From IMG/VR virus record IMGVR_UViG_3300048911_000077: 64,000 bases of DNA. One strand, given 5' to 3'. This document shows, piece by piece, positions 8,921-17,617 of this stretch (within the stretch, counting starts at the first letter, position 1; each line of letters opens with the position of its first letter). This DNA is from an uncultured virus (IMG/VR IMGVR_UViG_3300048911_000077). Its lineage: Duplodnaviria > Heunggongvirae > Uroviricota > Caudoviricetes. The notes below the pieces were generated by a model. The model saw only the letters and a program-made list of their open reading frames with translations. It was not told the DNA's origin and did no database searches. The position numbers and the translations under genes were made by a program.

Positions 8921-10405
8921 CTATGTATTTTCATTATTACCAACAGAGGCATCATCTCCCCCTATTGGACTAGTTGATGTCCCTTCACCGGCTGTTGTCA
9001 TTCCTTCTCCAGCACCAGAAGAATACGTTGTAAGTTTTTCTCTTACTTCTTCCATATCCTCTGTTCCATAGAATGGTGTTGGCATCCCAGCCTGATCAGC
9101 AATCCAGTTGATAGTGTCAGCGTCTTGAGACATGAGACCAACAGAAGCTACGCGTTGGATGAACTTGGAAAGAACGTCTAAGTCTTGTTGAGCTAACTTA
9201 CCAAAGTCAAAGTATGGTGTAACTGTTGTGTCCCAACCGTTCAAAGCAAACAATTGTGGAATTAGATCGTGATTCAATTGATCCTTAATCTCAATCAGCT
9301 TTGCTTCAATAGCCATTTCTGCAACAGAAACTTTGCTCTCTGCAAGAGAGAACGAGCCTGATCCGTTATTACCTAGACTCAAGAAATCAGCAAACAAACA
9401 TGTCAAAATCTCTTGTGCATACCGGGAAATTATTGCACTGGTGTCAAAAGCTTTTTGTCCTGTAACAGAAACAATCTCAAACGAAAACTCTTTATGTCCG
9501 TCTGCATTCTGTACCATCGGGAGAATAAAACCTGATTGCTCCGCTACAGCAGCATTTCTCATCATTTTCTTGTAGTATTCGTATACAGCCTTGTCTTCAG
9601 GAGAAGCATTAGGATCCATATAACGAGGAGGTAGGTACAATACCTTGAAACCTTGCATATCTTGTGATACACCAATCGCCTCAGACTCTTCAAAAGCCTT
9701 CTTATACTTCCAAGACTCCCAAGCACCTACCAATGGACTTTGGCCCGTTGGATCGTCTTTCTGACTACCTGCACGAAACAGTAAAAACTTCTTACGAGGA
9801 ATTTTTACCTTGTCACCATAAACAGAATCTTGACCAAAGTAAGTTGATTGTTCAAGTCCTGTTGGTTTTACTACAGCCTGCCACACACCAGACAAATCCC
9901 GACCTTCATTCTCCCATTCCCAACCAACTACGGAATCTTGGGAGCGTTGAGGAAGCTTTTTGATACCAATCAAACCGTCGTCATATTTAGATCCGTTTGA
10001 TTTAAATCTTCGACGATAGACTTTTTCCTGAATATCAAAACCATATCTGTTAAAGCTTACAACTTCCTTTATGAAGTGATTCCAAGAATGATCCATATCC
10101 TCTTTACATTGAGATAGGAAAGTTGCTTTTGATTTTAGTTCTTCTTCATAACCCTCGGGAATTTTTACGGCCCAAGGAACACGAGCAATCATCATCTCAA
10201 CTAGATTTAATGCTGGAGAGATAGTGCCATCTTTTGACATTTTCTTAAACGTTTGTACGGCATGAGGCCAACGCAATTCCCATGCGCATTCTTCAAACAG
10301 AGCGCCCCCGGCAACTTTCAATGCGTTGTAACCTGTCTCCCCCAACTTCAATCTAATGGGTGTATTTTCACCCGTACTAAGGGTTTCTGTATTTTCTTCA
10401 GCCAT
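8921..10405 (-). CDS. Portal protein
   Basis: 494 aa after terminase; YGFDIQEKVY, P.GQSPL, GSFSLAES motifs. Confidence 0.85.
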   Translation of the reverse strand: MAEENTETLSTGENTPIRLKLGETGYNALKVAGGALFEECAWELRWPHAVQTFKKMSKDGTISPALNLVEMMIARVPWAVKIPEGYEEELKSKATFLSQCKEDMDHSWNHFIKEVVSFNRYGFDIQEKVYRRRFKSNGSKYDDGLIGIKKLPQRSQDSVVGWEWENEGRDLSGVWQAVVKPTGLEQSTYFGQDSVYGDKVKIPRKKFLLFRAGSQKDDPTGQSPLVGAWESWKYKKAFEESEAIGVSQDMQGFKVLYLPPRYMDPNASPEDKAVYEYYKKMMRNAAVAEQSGFILPMVQNADGHKEFSFEIVSVTGQKAFDTSAIISRYAQEILTCLFADFLSLGNNGSGSFSLAESKVSVAEMAIEAKLIEIKDQLNHDLIPQLFALNGWDTTVTPYFDFGKLAQQDLDVLSKFIQRVASVGLMSQDADTINWIADQAGMPTPFYGTEDMEEVREKLTTYSSGAGEGMTTAGEGTSTSPIGGDDASVGNNENT

Positions 10406-10414
10406 GAAGGCTCC

Positions 10415-12114
10415 TTAGCGATTAAATGGATTTTTAGTTGAGAGGTCAGCAGTTACTAAACCACCAAGAAAATTACCAATATGTATTTTCTGTGCTAATG
10501 TAATGAATGAGTCACTAGTTGCATCAACTTGGTCATCCTTCACAGCGCGGGTTCCATCGAAGCCTTCCATCTCTGAGAAATAAGCATCATTCCATGCACC
10601 GCGAACATAACGAACAAGGCCCGCTTCCGATGCCGAAACTACTGGTTGAAACCGTACAACCTTAGACTTATTAGATGGGCGCATTCTTGCGAAAAGACCT
10701 TCAGAAATAAGTTCTTTAATCATCATTTGTCCAGCAGCTTTACCTGCCTGGCCCGGCTCTTGTGGAATAATGATTTGAGTACCATCGGGGTCATCTAAGC
10801 CCGTCTCTACAATGCGCTGCATTACCTCTCCAAATCTTGCCCTAAATCGAACAACATCTAGAATGATATATAGACCTTCTTTTGTTTTCCCCATTAAAAC
10901 GCCAGCAGTCCAGTCAGGATTTGGCAACGCTTCACAAGGTAAACTTCCGGCAATATCCCATGCACGACAATATTGAACAATATTTAAATCATATTCATTT
11001 ACGGGCTCACCCAGCCACTCCGCTTTCCAAAATCCTGCGGCATCCTCACGAATATCCCAGTTCCCGTAAAGGTCGCGCTCCTTTTTTACGCGCTTGAGAC
11101 CTTGGAGGTTTGCAAGATATCCGGGGTTGGATTTAATAAGTGGGGGATTATCGTAGATTGTGGCTGAAATAAACTGTAGAGACAGTGGACGACAATGTTG
11201 TTTTTCATCTGTGTCCGGTAAAATATTACCTTCACCATCTCTGTTGCCGTATATCTCTAGGAGTTCCTCTTTCGTGTCTGCCCAAATCATGTCACCAGCG
11301 ATTCGAATAAACCAACGAACTTTACCATCCCGTTCGGGGTCGGGCCGACCTTCGTTTTCTTCTCCTTTTGGAATAATCCACCAATCAATCCAACGTCTCA
11401 GAAAAGAGTCAGGTGAAGGGTTACAAGTCAGGAAAAGATTGGGAACCATCTTTGCTTTAGAACGCAAACGAGATAATACAACCAATGTATGGTCTTCGGT
11501 TATCTGAGTGGCTTCATCTATCATCGCCCCGGAAATTTGGAGGCCACGAAATTTCTCTGCATCTTCGTCAGTTTCCAAGTGAGACATTGCAATAATGGCT
11601 CCGCTTGGAAACGTAAAGGTCATAGCCTTTTTATTAATTTTTACTTTGGGATCAAACGCTTTATATAAACTAGTGGCTTCGTCAAACAAACCAGAAGCTT
11701 TCATCAAAGTTGTTTGATTTTTACGGATAATGAATCCACGATACTGAGGATCGTCAACCCAGCGGAGATGTCGTAACAAACCACAATAGGATTTGCCACC
11801 ACCCATAGCCTTTTAGTTATAGAGTTCGTTAAACTCTCTCCACGCTAGCGGAGGATCGGACTATATCTTCTACTTTCGTAGCCCCCCGTTTCGATTGCAC
11901 TTGCAACCTACTCGCTTACATTCATCAGCGTTAGTCTCTACACGTTCCCTTTCGGGCTTCGCTCGGTATTGCCCACGTCTTTACGTTTGGGTTTCACCGA
12001 ATTAGAGGGGTTTTAAATGGAGGCGCTAAGCTCACCACCATATACAATGATATTACTATTACTCGCCAAAAACCAGCTCTGCTTGCGCGAAGCTGGCTGG
12101 AAACTATAATCCAT
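10415..12114 (-). CDS. terL: Terminase large subunit, two exons (12114..12034 and 11809..10415), 491 aa after splicing
   Basis: Splicing restores Walker A YGG|AMGGGKS; Walker B MIDEA; TCNP; nuclease RAWDIA and DDQVDA. Confidence 0.92.
11810..12033 (-). ncRNA. ORF-less group I intron (224 nt) in terL
   Basis: Exon 1 ends in U pairing with guide GCC; P7 elements GAGACTA and AAGATATAGTC; terminal G; P10 UAGC/GCUA; splicing restores frame. Confidence 0.92.
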
Positions 12115-12119
12115 ATCTG

Positions 12120-12707
12120 TCATCTGGAAATTTCTTTACCATGATTTTCAGAATATCCGTACTCTACTTCCCAATCTTTCCGAGCATTTGCTGCATCTTC
12201 CAGATTTTTAAATAAACCTAAATAATGTCTGACCCTCTTGCCGTCAACAATTTCTTGTCCTTCAGCTTGCCATTTACCAGTCTTTTTATGGAAAGATACA
12301 CCAACAACTCCAGAAGAATTATTACTGTATTTGGAACGGTTTCTGTGGTTAAGTTTATCAATACTAAGTTGTAAATTAGATATTGCGTTATTTTGAGTAT
12401 TTAAATCAATATGATCAATGTCTTCAGGTGGCCATTCACCATTTACGTAGAACCACGCAAGTCTATGAGCTTTGTAAAGCTTTCCACCAAGACCGATTAC
12501 AATATATGGCGAAGGATTTCTCTTGGTCACTCTTGACACTGATCCAGCCTCTAGAGAAGGATTAATATTACTATAGAACCCGTTCTTACCTCTCCAATCT
12601 TTGAAGTGGGAATCTGGTCTATCCAATCTCCAAGTAAACTTTCCAGTTTCTGAATTATAAGTTAAAGCTTCTTTTAAATACTCGTGCGTAAGTAATACTT
12701 CATTCAT
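12120..12707 (-). CDS. Free-standing HNH homing endonuclease with AP2-like C-terminus
   Basis: AHRLAW..IDHID...NNAISNL; SGVVGVSFHKKTGKWQA...YLGLF. Confidence 0.9.
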   Translation of the reverse strand: MNEVLLTHEYLKEALTYNSETGKFTWRLDRPDSHFKDWRGKNGFYSNINPSLEAGSVSRVTKRNPSPYIVIGLGGKLYKAHRLAWFYVNGEWPPEDIDHIDLNTQNNAISNLQLSIDKLNHRNRSKYSNNSSGVVGVSFHKKTGKWQAEGQEIVDGKRVRHYLGLFKNLEDAANARKDWEVEYGYSENHGKEISR

Positions 12708-12843
12708 GTTTTAGTCTCTTATTAAACTAAGATAACTGTGTGCCTCTCGGCAAGACATGAGTATAGGAGCGTTTCACAACGTGTCCTGAATAGGTGAGGG
12801 CGTCATCCCGACGAGCCTCATGTTGCTGCAAGCAGCGAACTCT

Positions 12844-13227
12844 TTATCCGTCTTCGGAAGAAGACTCATCAGCATTCTTGCCACTTTCTACAGCCGCAAG
12901 ATATTGCTTCACCATCTTTGATTTATCTCGGCCCCTCACACCCCGGCTAGCAACGATAATTCTCATCTCCTCGATTGGCATAGCCTCAAGCTGCTCTTTA
13001 GTGTAAACCTTGTCACTAAGCGCTACAGGGATAGCATTCACACCAGGGCTAGTCTTCAACTCTTCTGTGCCACTAAGCTCGAAAGTAAACTCAGCAATAA
13101 AAGGAAGTGTACGAAGTCGAGGACAAGTATTATCTTTAAGGACAGCGCCTTGTTTACTAAGCTCAATGACACGCTTAATAAATTCTACAGGATTTGCTGA
13201 ACTCACTACAATTTGTTGAGTTGCCAT
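12844..13227 (-). CDS. Hypothetical protein
   Basis: 127 aa with GGAG RBS and upstream TTGACA promoter. Confidence 0.65.
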   Translation of the reverse strand: MATQQIVVSSANPVEFIKRVIELSKQGAVLKDNTCPRLRTLPFIAEFTFELSGTEELKTSPGVNAIPVALSDKVYTKEQLEAMPIEEMRIIVASRGVRGRDKSKMVKQYLAAVESGKNADESSSEDG

Positions 13228-13367
13228 TTAGTTTCTCCGTTATGTTCAATTCATAAAAGAGATATTACATGATAGATAGAGTGTTTGTCAAGTATTTCTC
13301 TAATTTATTTTAACTATTTTCAATAGCCTTATTGAAGCTGTCTATATTTCAAGACAGCTTTGTAAAA

Positions 13368-14924
13368 CTACTTTCCTTCAACCCTAACCCTAACAACCGT
13401 AGAAGGTAGCAGTGCAAGGGTGTTAGCTCCTACTCCAACTAATACAGTTGTCAATACATTATTACCATAAGTTATACCAGAGATAGATGTTGCTGTAGTT
13501 GTGTAAGCATTTAAACTGGCAGTCCTTACTCCAGCAATCGTATTAGAAACGCTCACTGGTTGTACTTGAACATCCAATACTTCAGTAAAATCAGTTCCTA
13601 AAGCTACAGTCCAAACAGAGCTGCTATCACTTGTCACTGTGTAATACTTTACCTTTATAGGAGCAGTTACAATAGAGTTATCGACTCTCCTATAAACTGG
13701 CAAAACAGCATTTGTAAGATATCCAGCATCATTGCTAAATGCACTCACAACTGTAGGTATTATAGGAGTAGTAGCTAGTGTACCATCTCCACGTACATAT
13801 TGTAATGCGGTTCCTGTTGGAGCATTAAACTTTGAAGAAAGACCTGAAGTCAATGCAGATGTTGTTGCATAACCACTTAGACTTGTATTCAACGAACTCG
13901 TAGTCACATATCCTGACAGAGAGGCTGTACTAGCTTTACTGTCAAGAGAACTTTGTAGACCAGTAACGTCACTGATTGTATGAGTATGAACAGAAGCTGC
14001 TGCACCAACATCAGCGTTGGTCAATACTACGGCCCCAGTCTTAGTATTTACCGATGTAACGGGATAATTGACCGAAGGAATTACAGGTTTATTCGTTAGA
14101 TCAGCATAACTGCCACTGGTAGCCACGGTTGCTAGATTAGGCTTGTTTAAGACCTGAGAAACACCGCTAACCGCTGTCCAGTCACTGTTAACTTGAGCAG
14201 CAGGGATACTAGGAGTTCCTGTCAAACTACTGTAAGGAATACTAGCACCAACAGTAATTTTGGAATCAAGACTTGTTTGAAGTCCTAACACATCAGATAT
14301 AGAGTGTGTATGGGCTGCTGGTGTGAATGTTGTAGGTTTACCTGTAAGTGATGCGTAAGTCCCATCAAACAAAGTAGGTTTGTTTGTAAGGTCAGAGTAA
14401 CTACCACTAAATAGTATAGGTTTTCCTGTCAAATCAGCATAAGAGCCCGAAAACAAAATAGGTTTATTAAGAATTTGACTCTTACCCGATGTACTGTTCC
14501 AATCAGAGTTAACTTGGGAAGGGATGGCACCAGCAGTGATAAATCCACTGTCATTAGTAAGATCACTGGTCTTAGTGGGTACACTAACTGATGCAGGTTT
14601 GTTGATTAAATCGTTATAGTCACCAGAACTTGCTACTTCAGCTAATGCCAAATGATCTTTTTGCTGATCTACAGTAGTGTATGATAACCAAGCAAGACCT
14701 GCGGGCATACATAGAGAAGGAGTAAAATTACCTGACCCATCTGTATGTAAAAAGCTGTTATCGGGCATTGTTATAGAAGCAATATCCGTTAGCACTGTAG
14801 ATGCTGGCTGGGCATTCAAATCTTGAGCGGTGATTATCACATCACCTTGCTCACCATTTACAGAATTTACAGCACCTGTACCATTACCACCACCCTCTCC
14901 TGGGAAAACTGGACGTACTGGCAT
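13368..14924 (-). CDS. Fibre protein with internal repeats
   Basis: Start re-assigned to ATG 14924; repeats SGSYADLTGKP, QVNSDW, HTHSISDV.GLQ, VNSVNG typical of phage fibres. Confidence 0.8.
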   Translation of the reverse strand: MPVRPVFPGEGGGNGTGAVNSVNGEQGDVIITAQDLNAQPASTVLTDIASITMPDNSFLHTDGSGNFTPSLCMPAGLAWLSYTTVDQQKDHLALAEVASSGDYNDLINKPASVSVPTKTSDLTNDSGFITAGAIPSQVNSDWNSTSGKSQILNKPILFSGSYADLTGKPILFSGSYSDLTNKPTLFDGTYASLTGKPTTFTPAAHTHSISDVLGLQTSLDSKITVGASIPYSSLTGTPSIPAAQVNSDWTAVSGVSQVLNKPNLATVATSGSYADLTNKPVIPSVNYPVTSVNTKTGAVVLTNADVGAAASVHTHTISDVTGLQSSLDSKASTASLSGYVTTSSLNTSLSGYATTSALTSGLSSKFNAPTGTALQYVRGDGTLATTPIIPTVVSAFSNDAGYLTNAVLPVYRRVDNSIVTAPIKVKYYTVTSDSSSVWTVALGTDFTEVLDVQVQPVSVSNTIAGVRTASLNAYTTTATSISGITYGNNVLTTVLVGVGANTLALLPSTVVRVRVEGK

Positions 14925-14925
14925 A

Positions 14926-15189
14926 TCAAGCCACCTGTACACAAAGACGGCCTGTGCCCTTTGCCCAAATAGTTGATTCACCCTGGTCAATCATGTACAT
15001 CTCAAACGAGATTAACTGAAGACCGTCGGCAGAAGAGCTGGCTGGTTGAAATGCTTTAAGTTGTACCCTTACATTACCGCTACCCTTAAACTGTAAAAGA
15101 ACTTTAGTTCCTACAGGAATTCCTGAAAGAGCATTCACATTCTGATAATTAACGTTATCTAAGATAACATCTGCAATCGTATCTGACAT
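14926..15189 (-). CDS. Small putative virion protein
   Basis: 87 aa beta-rich ORF abutting the fibre gene. Confidence 0.55.
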   Translation of the reverse strand: MSDTIADVILDNVNYQNVNALSGIPVGTKVLLQFKGSGNVRVQLKAFQPASSSADGLQLISFEMYMIDQGESTIWAKGTGRLCVQVA

Positions 15190-15337
15190 TGCAACACCTT
15201 ATATTGTATTTATTTTAGGTGTCTTGTTTTAAGGGTATTATAGCCTATAGACAGACAACATAGGCTTTTAGTTGGACAGCCCTTGTCTGCTTTCACATGA
15301 ATCAATTATACCAGAGAATATAATTGACTATAATGTA

Positions 15338-15368
15338 GGGTGGGTCCAGTAAGATTTGAACTTACGAC
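15338..15368 (-). pseudogene. Orphan 3' half of a tRNA (T-arm plus acceptor 3' strand)
   Basis: GTAAG-TTCAAAT-CTTAC-TGGACCC-A-CCC on minus; overlaps the stop codon of the HNH gene. Confidence 0.65.
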
Positions 15369-16090
15369 AAATTACAAACCCTTATATCTTCTACTGAAAG
15401 GTCGCCATAGTCTAACTCCCAGTGACAGTTAGGACATAAGAATATAATGTTTTCGGGTTTATTGCATTCCCAAACACTTTCTGATTTATCAAAATCAGTA
15501 ATTGCCTTTATATGACAAAGCTCAACATGCTTTGAGTAACCGCAATTTGCACAAGAACAACTTTTACCAAAAGTGTTATAGAAATTATGTGCTTTATCTC
15601 TAATAGCTCGGTATTTATTTTGTTCAGTATATCTAGACATCTCACCAATTGAAGTGTTCTTCATCTGATTGGTAGACCTACAAATAAAATTACAGAAATT
15701 TCCCTTTCTGCTCTTTTTGTCAGATTCAAATGAACAATTACACTCTAAGCAAACCTTTATAACTATGTCGGGTTTGCTATTTTTAGCTTGATCTTTCCTT
15801 GAAGAATTATAACAAGACTTCGAACAAAACTTAGCTTCACAAGTTTTATCTATAAACTCAATATTGCAGAATTCACAAGAAATAGTTTTATAGTCTCTTA
15901 AATCTCTCGTATAGGGAATTAGTCCTGCATATAAAATGGCTGAATTAAATGAGCCAAAATATCTGACGAAAGTATTTTTACCGACTAATATTTCTGGGTA
16001 CTTTTTACAGTCTCTGCCAGTGGGATTCCTATTATATATTTCAACAAAATCCAGCAGTTTCTGTTTAAGTATTTCTTTAGTGTATTTCAT
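15362..16090 (-). CDS. HNH homing endonuclease with Zn-ribbon repeats
   Basis: Start re-assigned to MKYTKE (16090); RYFGSFNSAI..AGL repeat, several CxxC, ELCHIK...N...LCPNCHWELD. Confidence 0.85.
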   Translation of the reverse strand: MKYTKEILKQKLLDFVEIYNRNPTGRDCKKYPEILVGKNTFVRYFGSFNSAILYAGLIPYTRDLRDYKTISCEFCNIEFIDKTCEAKFCSKSCYNSSRKDQAKNSKPDIVIKVCLECNCSFESDKKSRKGNFCNFICRSTNQMKNTSIGEMSRYTEQNKYRAIRDKAHNFYNTFGKSCSCANCGYSKHVELCHIKAITDFDKSESVWECNKPENIIFLCPNCHWELDYGDLSVEDIRVCNLS

Positions 16091-16096
16091 AGAATT

Positions 16097-16186
16097 TGGG
16101 GGAACAGGCGAGAATTGCACTCGCAACGGTCAAAAGACTTCCACTTATGAGGTGGATGCCAGCAAACTAATACTGGCGTCTGTTCC
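16097..16186 (-). tRNA. Non-canonical tRNA with CAT anticodon (Met/Ile2-like)
   Basis: GGAACAG/CTGTTCC acceptor, TCCAC-CTCATAA-GTGGA anticodon arm, GCGAG-TGCAATT-CTCGC T arm, encoded CCA. Confidence 0.8.
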
Positions 16187-16214
16187 ATATATCTCCACAT
16201 AGATTAAATAAGTG

Positions 16215-16330
16215 CTAGCTAGTCTTGATGTGGCAAGACAAGGACGGCCATCCCTTTCACTAACAGATGTACTTCGCCAGAAGTACGGGTTTGGACTAGG
16301 CAGTCCGATACACAGGCCGAAGCCGTGTTA
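16215..16330 (-). ncRNA. Small multi-hairpin structured RNA candidate
   Basis: Five hairpins in ~115 nt incl. cUUCGg loop; G-U pairs favour minus strand. Confidence 0.5.
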
Positions 16331-16331
16331 A

Positions 16332-16484
16332 TTAACAAACCATTACAGGAACTTCAATTCCAAGGTCTGCACAAATATTTTCAAGAGCTTCTTGTGCTTT
16401 CTTCCAAGCTTCGATTCGCTCTATGTGTTCTTCTCTTGTACTTGGTTTAATCTTAGTCCTTTCAAGCTGAGATAGTTTAATCAT
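16332..16484 (-). CDS. Hypothetical 50-aa protein (not in ORF track)
   Basis: MIKLSQLERTKIKPSTREEHIERIEAWKKAQEALENICADLGIEVPVMVC; overlaps stop of upstream gene. Confidence 0.5.
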   Translation of the reverse strand: MIKLSQLERTKIKPSTREEHIERIEAWKKAQEALENICADLGIEVPVMVC

Positions 16485-16887
16485 CTTTACTGGGCTCATC
16501 GAAAGTAAGCTTTAACCGAGGAACAAGTTTCACAATCTCAGCGGCTTCTCTCTGCTCATCTTCATCATCGTCGTCCGTACGCTTACCTTCTAGACGAATC
16601 TTGGTCAGAGCTGCCTCTTCTCCACTCGCTGCACGGTCCAGAGAAATGATGCTCGTAATTACCCATTGACTAGTTGAAAGCTGTTTAGCGTCAACTTCAA
16701 TACCTTCAACACTATTCTTGATGTTCTCAAGTGCTTTAGGCTCAATCTCACGAAGCTTTTCAGCAGTAGCGCGTAGTTTGGACTTAGTAATACGAACCTT
16801 GCTATTACCTTTAGTGTTACGATTACTCTTTTCGCCGTCAAAACGTGTTGCTTTTTGCTTGTCTGTATGGGGTTGCTTATTAGCCAT
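16477..16887 (-). CDS. Putative terminase small subunit
   Basis: 136 aa, basic N-terminus with RFDGEKSNRN resembling TerS N-terminal motifs; upstream of terL on the same strand. Confidence 0.45.
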   Translation of the reverse strand: MANKQPHTDKQKATRFDGEKSNRNTKGNSKVRITKSKLRATAEKLREIEPKALENIKNSVEGIEVDAKQLSTSQWVITSIISLDRAASGEEAALTKIRLEGKRTDDDDEDEQREAAEIVKLVPRLKLTFDEPSKDD

Positions 16888-17005
16888 ATTCTATATTCCT
16901 ATGAATAATATTTCTGCTGTGCTTTGTGAATATGTGCACTATACGGCATACGATCTTTAATCGGCAGCTTTTACAAAACACATGAGAAATATTACTTTGT
17001 TTATA

Positions 17006-17221
17006 TTTCTAAATAATCCTGATCAGACCACTGACATTATTGTTAAAGAACAACAAGATTATTTAGAAAGAACACTCACTAAGCGAAGGAGAGAACGCCG
17101 CAAGTGTTCGAAAGATCTATTGGAGGAGAGGAGGACAATAGATCTTTAAGTGCTGTCGTAAGGAGAGGAAATGACAGCGTGAATACCACAATCTTTTTAG
17201 ACTTAATCTTAGTGATTGTGG
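17006..17221. ncRNA. Five-hairpin RNA candidate; three central loops carry AGGAGAG (+) / CUCUCCU (-)
   Basis: Stems at 17006-17069, 17070-17109, 17111-17147, 17152-17178, 17186-17221; intergenic. Confidence 0.7.
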
Positions 17222-17230
17222 GTGAAACTT

Positions 17231-17566
17231 TTAAACTTTGATCAAACCATTGTTCGGAAACTCTGATTCATCATATTCATGACTATAGAGTTTGTAATAT
17301 ACATCATACTGAGGATAACTTTTAGCTTCAGATAATGCCAAAGCATTTGCAACTCTATTAGCCTGCCTTACGTTATCAAACTCACCACAATTTTCAGAAC
17401 TACCCGATCTATCAACTCTAATATAGCTTGTCACAATATAGCGAGTAACTGGCCTCACTGTAAACTCAACAATTTTATTCAAAGGGTCTTCTTGACCAAT
17501 TTGAATATCCCCGGAAATAGTTATGCTTTCAGCTTCGATTTTAATCATTTTATTTCTCCGACCCAT
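17231..17566 (-). CDS. Hypothetical protein
   Basis: 111-aa ORF (likely start MIKIE) with GGAG RBS. Confidence 0.6.
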   Translation of the reverse strand: MGRRNKMIKIEAESITISGDIQIGQEDPLNKIVEFTVRPVTRYIVTSYIRVDRSGSSENCGEFDNVRQANRVANALALSEAKSYPQYDVYYKLYSHEYDESEFPNNGLIKV

Positions 17567-17617
17567 TCAGGATCTTCAGTTTTGGCGAAGTTGCCACTTA
17601 CAAGCCTGCTGCTTGTT

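Noticed and set aside
14340..14470. Tandem repeats as CRISPR or DGR elements
   Set aside because: In-frame degenerate coding repeats of the fibre; no spacers, cas genes or reverse transcriptase in the window.
15362..16090. HNH as the ORF of an intron inside one tRNA
   Set aside because: The upstream tRNA is complete with CCA, its acceptor stem does not match the remnant, and there are no P7 elements.
16097..16186. Selenocysteine tRNA
   Set aside because: Anticodon is CAT, not TCA, and the acceptor stem is 7 bp; no in-frame TGA selenoprotein seen.
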